Shown one piece after another: positions 41,071 through 54,059 of a DNA stretch of 64,000 bases. Numbering within the stretch: position 1 is the first letter of the stretch; the number at the start of each line of letters is the position of its first letter. Made by a program: the position numbers and the translations under genes. The stretch comes from Eledone cirrhosa (taxonomy: Eukaryota): positions 389,856,001-389,920,000 of the forward strand of contig OZ024741.1 of NCBI GenBank assembly GCA_964016885.1, written 5' to 3'. Under the pieces are notes generated by a model. It saw nothing but the letters and a program-made list of their open reading frames with translations. It ran no database searches and was not told the DNA's origin.

Positions 41071-42650
41071 GCGAGAATGTAAGGTTTAAGATAAGATCAC
41101 CGTATTTTGGGCATAATTTAACAATAAACGAAAATACAAGATTTGTTTTGTTTAAGAAAATACGATAGAGAAAATGCGGTGATAGGGAAAATATGATTTT
41201 TAGAGAAAAAAAAAAAAAAAATATGATATAGAATGGTGAAAATATGATATAGTGTGAAATTAGGACATAGAACAGTCATTGAATGAATGGATTCGAATGG
41301 AGAGAAGAATCGAGAAAAATATTTGGACGTTACTTTATACCGCAAGAAGAGCCATCCCAGAAATAGCGAGTTGGCGATTGTGATTAATTTTGGTAGGGAT
41401 TTATCTTATATGTATAGAGAGGGATGGGGCAGGAACCAGCATGATGTATGGGTAGGGGGTAGAAGATGGGATGGAGCAGAGGTTAAGAGTTTAAATAGGT
41501 ACTAGAAGTTTTGCGTAGAACTTAGCAAGTTTAACAAAATATATTTAAAGGAATATATAATAGTGATTTGTTTTTGTTATGAAAATACGACAGAATATGA
41601 AAATATGACAGAATTAAGCGAGAATGTAAGGTTTAAGATAAGATCGCCGTATTTTGGGCATAATTTAACAATAAACGAAAATACAAGATTTGTTTTGTTT
41701 AAGAAAATACGATAGAGAAAATGCGGTGATAGGGAAAATATGATTTTTAGAGAAAAAAAAAAAAAAAATATGATATAGAATGGTGAAAATATGATATAGT
41801 GTGAAATTAGGACATAGAACAGTCATTGAATGAATGGATTCGAATGGAGAGAAGAATCGAGAAAAATATTTGGACGTTACTTTATACCGCAAGAAGAGCC
41901 ATCCCAGAAATAGCGAGTTGGCGATTGTGATTAATTTTGGTAGGGATTTATCTTATATGTATAGAGAGGGATGGGGGGGGGGCAGGAACCAGCATGATGT
42001 ATGGGTAGGGGGTAGAAGATGGGATGGAGCAGAGGTTAAGAGTTTAAATAGGTACTAGAAGTTTTGCGTAGAACTTAGCAAGTTTAACAAAATATATTTA
42101 AAGGAATATATAATAGTGATTTGTTTTTGTTATGAAAATACGACAGAATATGAAAATATGACAGAATTAAGCGAGAATGTAAGGTTTAAGATAAGATCGC
42201 CGTATTTTGGGCATAATTTAACAATAAACCAAAATACAAGATTTGTTTTGTTTAAGAAAATACGATAGAGAAAATGCGGTGATAGGGAAAATATGATTTT
42301 TAGAGAAAAAAAAAAAAAAAATATGATATAGAATGGTGAAAATATGATATAGTGTGAAATTAGGACATAGAACAGTCATTGAATGAATGGATTCGAATGG
42401 AGAGAAGAATCGAGAAAAATATTTGGACGTTACTTTATACCGCAAGAAGAGCCATCCCAGAAATAGCGAGTTGGCGATTGTGATTAATTTTGGTAGGGAT
42501 TTATCTTATATGTATAGAGAGGGATATGGGGGGGGGGGGGCAGGAACCAGCATGATGTATGGGTAGGGGGTAGAAGATGGGATGGAGCAGAGGTTAAGAG
42601 TTTAAATAGGTACTAGAAGTTTTGCGTAGAACTTAGCAAAATATATTTAA
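41071..42650. repeat. Tandem array of ~550-bp units (about 2.9 copies)
   Basis: Units begin GCGAGAATGTAAGG at 41071, 41618 and 42171; nearly identical apart from G-run length. Confidence 0.95.
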
Positions 42651-42740
42651 CATATACATATATAATATCTAATGAGAATATATGCACATGTATACTCAGT
42701 AGGGTAAATTTTTCTGAAAATGTATATATATATATATATA

Positions 42741-42936
42741 ACGAAGGAGTTGTGGTAAGGAACCAGATCGACCATAACGCACCAGAGTACTCAATACTTA
42801 GAGTAGTAGAGTGGGTAATAGGAAAATGTATGACCCTGACGGCAGAACTCAAGCCGTTTCGACGGCTATTTCTGGACTCCAGAAATAGCCGTCGAAATGG
42901 CTTGAGTTCTGCCGTCGAGGTCATACATTTTCCTAT
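42741..42936 (-). mobile_element. Mini fold-back element (palindrome plus conserved tail), copy 2
   Basis: 59-bp arms 42818-42876 / 42878-42936 centred on 42877 with three non-Watson-Crick positions; (TA)n on both sides. Confidence 0.8.
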
Positions 42937-43067
42937 ATATTTATATATATATACATATTTACATATATATATGTGTGTGTGTGTGCACATTCGCAGAGGC
43001 ACATACAAATATATATGCCTGTGATGTTTGTGTGAATATATTTATATCTATCTTTCTAACTCCCTCT

Positions 43068-43105
<38 letters not shown>

Positions 43106-43108
<3 letters not shown>

Positions 43109-45910
43109 TAAAATAACAGATTAAAGTTTAAGCAAAGAATCGCTGCTTTCACCCTTAACGGGATCTTCTGAAACTAACAAAGTCAATCTGTAAACGCAGA
43201 ACTGGATATTTCAAAAAACGTTGCAACCGGAGGAAGACAGGAAGACGATACTTTGGTTCGTGGAAACGTTCGCTGGCAAAGAACGGGAAAAAACGAATAA
43301 TACGTCATTAAAAGGAGCGGTGAAAAACAATTACGCGCAAAGACAGAACCACGTTTAGGTATAAAAGAGGTCGTAGACTAATGTTCTCTTAGGTGGTGCA
43401 TAGAGACGTTCTCTGGCAATGAACGAAAAAACAAAGATAATAAGTCATATGTGGAGAACAATAGCACGCAAAGACAAAACCACGTAGATGGTATAGCAGA
43501 AGTCGTAGACTAAAATTCTAACTAGGAGACCAAATGAATCTCCGCTACAGAGTTAAGAATAAAGTAAATAAATACAATACAGAAGTAATAGAAATAAATA
43601 AATACATACACGCAAACAAATACGTACATACACAAGCATACGCAAAACCTTACCATAGGTATACAAACACACACATATAAATATGTGTGTGTGTGTGTAT
43701 GCTTGTGTACAAATAAATAAATAATTATATAAATGTATATAAGTAAATAAATACGTATATAACAATCGCACACACATACCTACATATAAATACACGAATG
43801 TTCGGAGACGTAAGTCAACTAAAACAAGAAGTACACATATACACACACTCACGATACGTACGAACCTGCATACTCACGCAGACGCAAAACTCCAGTATAC
43901 ACATAGCCAAACCCTAAATACCAGAATATATAAAAATGATACGCCATAACAATCAAATATACGTACGAGAAGGTATACAACCTTCACAAAACATACAGGT
44001 AATATATACTTACCTATGCAAATAAGTAAAGGAATAAACAAAACATATACTTAGCTCCCACATCAGGACGTAAAATATCCACGTATAGATCGTACTATCC
44101 GTTAGGGTATAACGTGGGGCTATAATACAGGAAAGTTTTGTGCAATTTATGTTTACAAGCCGAAATTGCCTCAGATTTTTTGTTTAAGATGTGGTCTGTG
44201 GCGTAGAGTATTTCCAGGGCCTCAGCGGCGCAGAGGTCACATGGTCTTTTATTTCCATTATACGATCTAGCCCTAGCTAGGATCTCCCAGTGTAACTTAT
44301 ATTGGGTGTGGTTGTCTTTTAGACTCCAGATATAAGCTGAAAGTGACGTCATATTCCTTCTTAGAGGGTAACGAAAAGAATGGGTATGCATGTAAAGACG
44401 CTGCTTGAAACTATTGGCGGTTAACCCTATGTAGGCCCTACGGGATGTGGGTGTTACAACCTTATATTTGTAGACAATGTTACTAGAGAGGCATTTCCCG
44501 GATAGGGGGCAATCAGCCCGATTCCTACAATTACAGTTAGTACTAACTACAGGGTTACACGTGTTCCTACGGCTAGGTAGTTTAGCTAAATTTGAAGCTG
44601 TGATGTTATGTGCAAGGTTAGGAGTTGTAGAGTAAGAAATTTTAATAGTATTTCTATTAAAAATTTTACTATGTTTATGTGTAGGGGGAAAATGCTTCGT
44701 AATAAGGGAAAGAAAGATCTTAGCTAATGGTGTGGCCACCTCCATATTATATGGTGGGTTAAACCAACAAATGCGACGGGATCTATTTCTTCTAGGTCTA
44801 TTTTCGTACTCTGTATATGCTACCTTATCGACAAATCCACTTCGAGCAAGAGCTTCATTGTAATAAGTGGAATGGTCATTGAAAATGCGCTCATTGGTGG
44901 AAAGACGGGAAAGCCTCAACGAAACGTTTCTTACCAGGTTCTTGGTTATGCTGGCAGGATGGTTGGAATGCTTACTTATGTAATTAAGCGTATCATTCGG
45001 CTTTCTATATGGGTAATACAACCCATTCAATAAATTGAGGGTAACGTCGAGGTAATTAACGACCGAGAGATTGGCCTCAACCTGTATAGAGAGGTTGAAG
45101 CCTTTAAAGAAGGCTGTGAGTTCTTTTCTGAACCTGTCGCAAGCACGAGGTCCGCACTTAGTCATGGTCAAAAGACCATCGTCACGGTACAAACCACCGC
45201 CCGTGTTGGGGAATTCGTCCTTGATAGAGAAAAGAAGGAAAACGCCAATAAGATCAGTAACCTCCGCAGAGTCACTGGCGCCCATACTCACGTCGAATGG
45301 GGTACTATTGGATTTTTTAATCCAAAAAGAGTCGTCGAAATTAATCACCGACTTTCGGGCATTGAAATCCTTAACCACTGTGAGTGTTTTAGCGAAATTG
45401 ATAGCTCTAAGGAGAAGTGGTAAAGTGATGGAGGAGTAGTAATTGTTGATGTCGAATTGGATAAAACGGCAATGTTCCTTGTTGCATATGCCGTTGAACC
45501 AATCAATCACCGCGAAAGAATTGTTCCACAGTGCAAGAGGGGCCAAACTTCTAATTTCAGGTATAATTCTATCAAGAATCGTTTTACTAAGTCTACCTAC
45601 ATCCGACTTCGTAGGGTTAATAAGCCGAATAGCGGGGTTGTTCGGAAAATTGGATTTGTGATCCTTCAGGGTAAAGTGGGGAGAAATAGGGTCCAGAGGT
45701 TCCGTCCGGTCCAGGATGTTGAGATCAGATGTGATTTTAAACCCAGCATCGTTGATTTCATTGATGACGCACCGATTAGTTTTACGGTAATCCTTAGTTA
45801 CAGCATTATGTAGCAGTTGATGGTAAGTACTGCGCTCCACTTGATATAGGTTGCCAGTTTTGTCGGAATGGACGTGCACGGCGTTAGAATACTTAATAGA
45901 ACGAATAGGT
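43106..45910 (-). mobile_element. Penelope-like element (Naiad-type), 5'-truncated, with ~1-kb 3' region
   Basis: RT+GIY-YIG ORF; 3' region has a diverged direct repeat (43266-43381 / 43407-43512) and ends in (TA)n. Confidence 0.85.
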
Positions 45911-45954
45911 ATTTTTGTGTTTGAACAGGTATTTATTTCAGTAGACATGCACAA
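44095..45954 (-). CDS. Penelope-like reverse transcriptase with GIY-YIG endonuclease (partial)
   Basis: SDKTGNLY, LKDHK, RLINPTKS, QFDINNYYSSI, MGASDSAEVTDLIG, GLYRDDGL, YLDVTL, SNHP, WFNPPY, CNCR..CPL..C, IVY...YIGLT, CDLC..E; the first ~15 aa are probably flank. Confidence 0.9.
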   Translation of the reverse strand: MCMSTEINTCSNTKIPIRSIKYSNAVHVHSDKTGNLYQVERSTYHQLLHNAVTKDYRKTNRCVINEINDAGFKITSDLNILDRTEPLDPISPHFTLKDHKSNFPNNPAIRLINPTKSDVGRLSKTILDRIIPEIRSLAPLALWNNSFAVIDWFNGICNKEHCRFIQFDINNYYSSITLPLLLRAINFAKTLTVVKDFNARKSVINFDDSFWIKKSNSTPFDVSMGASDSAEVTDLIGVFLLFSIKDEFPNTGGGLYRDDGLLTMTKCGPRACDRFRKELTAFFKGFNLSIQVEANLSVVNYLDVTLNLLNGLYYPYRKPNDTLNYISKHSNHPASITKNLVRNVSLRLSRLSTNERIFNDHSTYYNEALARSGFVDKVAYTEYENRPRRNRSRRICWFNPPYNMEVATPLAKIFLSLITKHFPPTHKHSKIFNRNTIKISYSTTPNLAHNITASNLAKLPSRRNTCNPVVSTNCNCRNRADCPLSGKCLSSNIVYKYKVVTPTSRRAYIGLTANSFKQRLYMHTHSFRYPLRRNMTSLSAYIWSLKDNHTQYKLHWEILARARSYNGNKRPCDLCAAEALEILYATDHILNKKSEAISACKHKLHKTFLYYSPTLYPNG

Positions 45955-46560
45955 ATCACTACAGCTATACTTCTACAGGTGTGCATGCAAGTACACGCAT
46001 GCATTAGCAGGCACATATACACACAACAATGTAAAAACTTTGCATATGAGAGATAAATAGTTAGATAGACAGGTAGGTAGTTATGTAGGTAAATGGAAAG
46101 AGAGAGAGAGGGTGGAGAAAGAAAAAGAGCTAAGGCAAAACTGATTAATTTGTTTATTTACAAATACACCCAGCCACACAAAAAATACACACACACTTAT
46201 ACATATATACACAGCTTTAATCAAAATTCTATTTCATATTAGGGAACATTCTATTACGTATTAGGGAAAATTGAGGAGCTCCACTCTCTATTTCATTTTG
46301 TTACTTCTGTATTCTCTGTTCTATGTCTGGTGTATTCTCTATCCTGTGTCCTCTCTACTTTTCTTCTACATCCTTTGTTCCTTTCTAATTTCCTTGGCCC
46401 ACTCACATGAACTTCTTCCTCATAAACAACTGACTGATCTATACATTATTCTATGTACTATACATGCACCTTTGACGAGTTGTAGTGCACCTGAGCACTT
46501 TACACAATAATTTCATTATTATTACATACACACAAACACACACATATGGATGTATGTGTA

Positions 46561-46614
<54 letters not shown>

Positions 46615-47454
46615 AGGGACATATGTATTTCTTCCACTTCACAGAACAGCTGGAATTGTGAGTAAATGGTATTTTCATTATTCTATTGTCTCAGTATTCA
46701 TTTACAATTCTGTTTTTATTTTTATTTTTCAAATGGTTGAGATCTATAATAGCAATTTTTGAATATACCTCATTTCATTTTTCCCGCCACCACAGTCCCT
46801 AGGCTTACAAAAGGTTGTTCTTCTACTCGTGACGTCACTACTTGCTGCCAACAACCATAGCCATCATAGTAGTAAGTGACCAACGCATGGAGCTGGACAG
46901 GCTACCTCCAGTCTCTCGCTATTTAGTAACATCTGCTGATGAAGCATTGCAGTATTTTGGCAGGCATATTTGCACTTATATGCTGCCACTGTAACTAGCA
47001 GGTTGTGAGTTGCATCTGTTAGTGCAGTCTACAATTGCAGAAACCGATTGGGTCTTGGACAGTAATATGTGCAACCGCTCCATTACAAATATATATTTTG
47101 TTAGCACTCTGAGAATGGTTGGCTTGCATATATGTTCAAACTATTTCTTATTAGGTGAGTAATTGAAACAACCGAGATTATAGAAAATGTTTTTCCTATG
47201 GGTTCAGTAACTAAACTAAATATGTATATATATATATAATTACAAGGTGCTTACAAGCCAAAATTAAAAGTTCAGGACATTTAATCAGACAATTGTTTCT
47301 TCCCACAGGAATATACAACCAACAGCAAGTTATTTTATTTAACAATTTGCTATTAGTTAGCACAACCCATAGGAATCATCAGAGTTTAATTAAAATACAA
47401 AACGATTAATACAGTATCAATACAAATCATTTAAGAACAAAAGATAATATATAT

Positions 47455-48105
47455 CATCATCATCATCATCATCATCATCGACGTTTAACGTCCATGTTCC
47501 ACGCTTGCATGGGTTTGGACGGGGGTTTTCCCACTTGAGGCAAGAGTGATTGTCTTGCTCGCATAGGACTGTCTGGCAGGTTTTCTACAGTTGGATGCCC
47601 TTCCTAACACCAACCACATTTACAGTGTAGGACTGGGACGTTTTTACCGTGTTGCCTACACGGTCACATTACAGCGTGGACTGTGTGTTTTTTTGTCGTG
47701 ACACCTACACGATCTCATTTGTTTCGGCCTGGATGGTGTGGCACCAACATCACTTTACATAGAAGGGGGGGTGTGGTGTGGATGGGGTGGGGTGGGGGGT
47801 GTATTTTGTTAGAGATGCCTACTGACTGTAGTAGGTTTTACTTTGAATTTAGGTAAGGCGGGTCTTCTCTATTACTGAGTACCGCCAAAGGTCTCGGTCC
47901 AGTGACATTGTCTTGGAGAGGTGTAAGTGTGTGGTCGGAATTTATCAGCTCGTCCCAGGTTTTTCTGGGTCTGCCTACTCCGTAGCTACCGTCTATCTTT
48001 ATTGCCCTGCACTTTGTTATACAGCTGTCGTCTTTCATGCGCATCACGTGACCATACCAACGTAGCCTTCTCTCAAGTAAACATCTGATCCCTCTTATTT
48101 CTAAT
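47455..48105 (-). mobile_element. RTE 3' fragment, same subfamily as 37210-41070
   Basis: Near-identical to ~37210-37985 but lacks the 3'UTR duplication; both ends in (TA)n. Confidence 0.92.
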
Positions 48106-48252
48106 ATATATATATATATATATACTGTATATATATATATATACATACTGTATATGTATATATATACTGTATATATATATATATACTGTATATATATATA
48201 CTGTATATATATATACTGTACATATATATATACTGTATATATTCATTTCCTT

Positions 48253-48580
48253 TCATTTCATTTTACGTCCGCTTTTCCCTGCTTGCAAGGGTGGGACGGG
48301 AACTGATTCTGGCTTGATTTCTACAGCTGGATGCCCTTCCTAACACCAACCTCATTTACAGTGAGTGCTGCGTGCTTTTTTGCCATGGCACCTCCACGAC
48401 CACTTTGCAGTGGAATGATAGGGACCCCAGTCCCTATCATCTCATTTCTACAGCTGAGTAAACTGGAGCAATGTGAAATAAAGTGTCTTGCTCAAAAAAC
48501 AACATCACCTGGTCTGAGAATTGAACTCACAACCTTTCGATTGCAAGGCCAATGCTCTAACCACTAAGCCATGTGCCTCC
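48253..48580 (-). mobile_element. tRNA-derived SINE with RTE-type tail
   Basis: Same family as 14433-14770. Confidence 0.88.
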
Positions 48581-49729
48581 ACATCACTTAACTAATTGAG
48601 TAACAGGTCCAAATAACAAGGTATTTAATATATTAAAATGCTTAAATCTTATTTGGAAGAGTAGTAACTTGCCAATTATGAATTGGAAGTTATATAGTTT
48701 TATCAAAGCAATATTCATAGTTTGGAGAAGCAATCCTTCGAATTGGATTGGGTTAAAGTAGAAAGATATTCACTGCAGAGTTAATATTATATCAGAAAAC
48801 ATGAAATTATGCGGAGTGAATATATATATTAATGTTTAAGTTGTTACAGACATGTTATAAAGACTGTAACAATTATTAAGTAATCAATTATATTCAACTA
48901 GATGTAAAAATAATATATTAATATAAATAAATAGTGTAATATTTACAAATTTCAAAATATTCGAGTAAGGGAGGTAATTCAAGGGATTATACCGGTGTTA
49001 AAGCTACAAAGAATACTTTTAATTTTGTGTTATTAAAATATATTAAGTTGTGTTAATATGTTTTTATCATATATACTTATCTAAAGAATATTTATCTTAT
49101 ATGTTGCAATGAGGTATATGTGTGTGAGGTATTTAAGAAAATTAATAAGTTATAATGAACTTATGGTCAAACTTAAACGAGATTAGATGAGATAAGATAA
49201 TATATTGTATTAAATAAATCAATATATATCGTTAATAATGTATCTGTATCATTTCCGTATATAAATGTGGGAGACTACTGGCAGATTATTACTTTATTAT
49301 GAATTTAGCATGAGATTAAGTACTAGTTGAATAATATATACATAGTTAAATTTATGTGTTTATGTTATATGCCTATCTAATATATATTTCTCCTATAAAT
49401 TTATCAAATGTATAGCAATGAATAGAATGAACCATCACTAGCAATAATATTGAAGTATATATTATTATTAAGGTAAAAAAAAAGAGGAGGTTAGATAAGA
49501 TAGTAAGTATATTGTATTAATAAAACTAACCATCTGCAACACGAATTTCAGGAAACCAGCCAACCACCTGATTTCATATCAATCAGGTGAACAGACAAGC
49601 CAAATCAATTACTTACTTGTTAGACAAGACAAACAGACTGTAATAAATACTACGGTCTTCCCCAGGAATGAATTCACCGCCCAGCACAAGTTAGTTAGAC
49701 ATCAAAATAAATAAATAAAAAAAATAACC

Positions 49730-50625
49730 AGACCTGGACACAATGCAGCAATGGATCACAGACTGGCAACTGAAGCTGGCTGTGGACAAGTGTACCACCA
49801 TGCATTTTGGGAGGAAAAATCCAGCGTCCACATACTCCCTCCACAACACAGATATCAAGAAGTCCTCTTCTGAACGTGACCTGGGCATTACTGTAAGCAG
49901 CAATTTGCATTGGACAAAGCATGTCTCTAAGATTGTCAAGAAGGCCGAGGGTGTCTTGGCATCTCTCATCAAGACCTTTGTTAGCCGCTCTCCAGCCATC
50001 TATTTAAAGCTGTATACAGCTATGGTACAACCACACTTGGAATTCGCATCATCAGTCTGGAACCCCTATCTTGCTCAGAACATTGACCTCCTGGAAACTG
50101 TTCAGAGACGTGCAACCAAGCGCATACCCTCCATCAGACACCTACCATACCCTGAACGCCTTGCTTCCCTGGGCATGGATTCATTGAAGCTCCAACGTCT
50201 GGCAATGGACTTGGTAAACACCCACAAAGTTATTAACCATCTCGCCAACAACAACTCTGAGCACCTTTTTGATCTCCATGTGTCTAACACACGTGGACAT
50301 GCCTACAAAATCAGAAAACAGCACAACTCCCATGACTTTCGTAAACATTTTTTCACGCTCAGAGTTGCTGAAGCATGGAACAAACTGCCTGCATCAGTTG
50401 TTAGCTGCTGAAACACTGCATCCTTTAAAACACTCATGCTTCCTGAAATACGCCAAAACTACACCTGATGTACCCCTTCCATACACATGCACACATGTGT
50501 ATATCATGACTCATGCACTGTTCATTTTCCTGACGTTTGTACATTACCCTATGTACTATACATACACTTTTTGATGAGTTGTAATGCACCTGAGCACTGT
50601 ACACAATATTTCATTATTATTATTA
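49730..50625 (+). mobile_element. CR1-clade LINE 3' fragment
   Basis: ERDLGITVSS.L.W..H, LYTAMVQPHLEFASSVWNP, LETVQRRATK, TRGH.YK, FFTLRVAEAWNKLP; (ATT)n tail; a short tail copy lies at ~46445-46523. Confidence 0.9.
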
Positions 50626-50639
50626 TAAGACACACAGGA

Positions 50640-51092
50640 AAATATGGTGACGGACGATGTGGAAGCTAAAGGACTCTCAGTTTAATATAGGTTTAGAAAG
50701 GTCATACAGGATGCACTTGTTGAGTGGGATGACGAGCTAGATACATATAATGTAGAGGAGAACTGGAAATTCTTATTGACAACCTTTTACAAAATACTGG
50801 CGAGACTTGCGGCTGGAGTAAAGCACCAGCCAGACGGAGGGTGATCTGGTGGTGAAACAGCACAGTAAATACAACCATTAAACCAAGAGACAGGCTTGGA
50901 AAGAATGGAAAATGAGGGTAGCAGAGACCGGTACCAAGATGCTAAGTAACAGATACACACAGCTCAGAGAGAGGTTGAATAAAGCCAATGTCTTGAGCAG
51001 TGAGGATCAAAGACGTGAAATATTCCATATTGCAAAGCAGTGTGTTAGTGTGAATCCAGATGTTGGGGGAAAATGTGTTAGATATGATGCTA
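50640..51092 (+). mobile_element. Decayed RTE internal (endonuclease-RT linker) fragment
   Basis: Similar to WKLKD..YNIEEQW.FL..CGW..RRV.WW..EDQ.RE.F.IA.QCV of the 38689-40977 ORF. Confidence 0.7.
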
Positions 51093-51318
51093 CAGTCCGT
51101 ATTCTTTTCTGTTTTACTATTTCTCTCCTTTTTATATTTTTCTCCATGTAGTGATTTCCAGAGGTTGACTGAGAAGATGGGACTGTCCGTCTTCCATTGT
51201 TTTTTTTTCCATTGTCTTTGTCCTATGCAGTCCCTATTTTAAATATGTAGATATATAGATTTATATATGTGTGTATGTATATATATATATATATATATAT
51301 GTGTGTATGTGTGTCATA

Positions 51319-51710
51319 TCTATATATATATATATATAAAATAGAGAATGTCTGTCTGACCCCCTAAAACTTGAGAACCACCCAACCGATTGTTTTCAAA
51401 CTTTACAAATGTTATTCTTATGAGACCGAATTAGGTGATTTAGCGATCTCTCTATAATTCTTAGTCTGTCTTTTTAGATAGATACATAGCTACGATGTCA
51501 CACCCTTATATCTGTATGTATGTCTGGCTGTCTGCATTACAACATTATGTGTGTGTGTGTATATATGTATATATAGTGTATATATATATATATAGTGTGT
51601 AACGTTTTTCGAAATATTTACTTCTGCGTTCACAGTTTGATTTTTTTAGTTTCAGAGGTGAAAGTTTAAGGGTGAAAGCAGCGATTCTTCACTTAAACTT
51701 TAATCTGTTA

Positions 51711-51750
<40 letters not shown>

Positions 51751-52043
51751 TATATTCGTGTACAGATATTTTTGCATACACAATAACAAAATATAAACAA
51801 ACGTATTTATTTCACGAGGCTCGACAGCAGCAAAAACAACAGCAAAAAAAGAGAGGGAACGCAATTACATGCTTTTGAAAAATCTTAATGGAAAATCATT
51901 TTCTTATTCACCCAAGGCGACTTCACTTTTTATTAGGACTTCTGCATCAATTGGTGAACATACGACGAAACTGTTTCAGAAAGGAGGGATAAACATGCCA
52001 ATCTATGTTTAGAATCCCGAGCAATGCCGGGCCATTCTGCTAG
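51319..52043 (+). mobile_element. Non-autonomous Helitron, copy of 23929-24793 with internal deletion
   Basis: A|TC start, CCCGAGCAATGCCGGG hairpin, CTAG|T end. Confidence 0.88.
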
Positions 52044-52643
52044 TATATATATATTTATGTGTCAGGTCGCTCTTCAGCACTATTGGTAACATGTAACCCA
52101 GTACAAACTGTACATTGTCAGGTCGTTGGCAACTAAACTGGCAACCCCACAAAGCTTGCTTGGTGAGGAAGGTGTTTTGGACACCCATTGGGATGAAAAG
52201 CAAAACCCGTCAAATGACAGAGAAACTCAAGAGAATCAGTGGCAATCCAATAAAGTTTTTTTGTTTTTTTTTTTGTCTTCATTAAAACATCTCTCTAGGA
52301 AAAGGTCACTCTGATATAAAACCTGTGACTTCTTTGCATCCACTTTTTCTTTTTGGGCAAATGTATTTGATGTTTAGAGAGTGGGATTGGCCCAGTGTAA
52401 AGCCTTTCCTCACTTAAAAAAGCTTCACGCACAGGCATCACTTGATATGTGACATTTTTTGCGATTTATGGTTTTGCTTGGCCATAGGCAAGTCTCTTGC
52501 AGGAGTAAAAAGCTACGTCCGTGAATCTCATGCTTAAGTATCAAGCGATGGCATTATTCAAAATTGAGTTGCTGCCATCATATATATATATGTGTATATA
52601 TACGATATTAAATAAATGGAAACTATATTTATAAAACCATATT

Positions 52644-52709
52644 TATTTCATTATATATATTTCAGGGATATCATATTAACAATATGCTATGCCTTCCTCA
52701 GACAAAATA
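52644..52709 (-). ncRNA. Type I hammerhead ribozyme (mirror copy)
   Basis: Reverse complement of 58335-58400. Confidence 0.75.
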
Positions 52710-54059
52710 CAATATAGACAGTTTTATAGATAAATAGATTTGACATACCGTTCAACATCGACTTGTATTTGAAAAGTTGATTTGGCAGTGAAAAAATTGT
52801 AAACAAAAAGAAAGAAAGAGAGAGAAGGAAAGAAAGAAAAGAAAGAAAGAAAACGAAGAAAAAGAAGAAAAAGAAGAAATGCATGTAACAAAATAGAGAG
52901 ATGGAAAGATAGATAAAGAGAAGAACTTCATGTAAAGAAACAGAGAGAGATATATATAGAGAGAGGAAATAGATAGAGATAGATATATATAGAGAAAAGT
53001 AGGTAGATGGACATCCGTTGAATAAACGTATCAATGATACATTTATTTATTTATTTATTTATTTAGCTCTAGTATTAATGTAAGGGAGATATATGTGGTT
53101 AGGAGAGAAACCAGCTGTTATATAGAGAGAAAAATGAAAAGTAACCAGACATAGGCGAGGCATAAAAACCCTATGTTTTAATGTAGAAGTATTAGTATGT
53201 ATAAAAACCAGGCACTATAATGTAAATATCAGTATTCCTGAATGAGACACGTGTCCATAATGTGTGAAAAGTAATGATCTTATGTTTAGTTTTAAAAATT
53301 CATATGTTTATATGATAACTACAAACATCGATGTGAATTTACGTGATCAACTCTGCAAACCCCAATTTCACACGGAGAACATTCTCATTGTGCTATAAAA
53401 ATTTAAGTATACATATATGTGTATATATATACACATATATATAGAGTCTATATTAATTTTAACAATACTATTCTTGTCTTTACTCTACATGATTATCTAT
53501 CAAGCAGAAATAGAGAACAGATCTCAATATATTAATAAAAAATATATTAATAAAAAAAATATCAGAAACAAAAACAAAAAATAATAATAATAATAATAAT
53601 AATAAATAATAATAAAATAGAAAACTAAAAAATATTACGAAAAAATATTACATATTAAAAATAAAAATATTAGAAAATACTACAATAATAAAAATAAACC
53701 ACAAAGATCAACCCTTCAAAATTAATTGACAATATATTGCCAAGTTCATTATAAGCATCAGAGTCGAAAACAGATAAAGCTAAAAATTATTTATCAAATC
53801 GCGTCTAGCAAAAATCATTTCAAAAAGTTTAGGATGCCCATTTGGTCTACATGCGTTCTTATATTTAATATAGAAGTTTATCTAGTGTAACGTTTATTCG
53901 AAATATTTGGAGCATCAACTTTTAGGGTAGTTTAATTTTTCATGAAGAATGTTTAAATAAAAATAAAAATAAAAATAAAAATAAAAAGAAGAATAAAAAG
54001 AAGAAATCGAAAGATTTATCGGCTCGTTTCCCAAATAATTATAAATCAAACTAAATATA

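Noticed and set aside
46790-47160. GC-richer block with GTGACGTCAC (CRE-like) as exon or promoter
   Set aside because: Stops in the frames I tried; a single 8-10-mer is expected by chance in 64 kb
53238-53280. Antisense hammerhead-like CTGAATGA...GAAA in the Naiad 3' region
   Set aside because: Extra base in the core and no stem I or III
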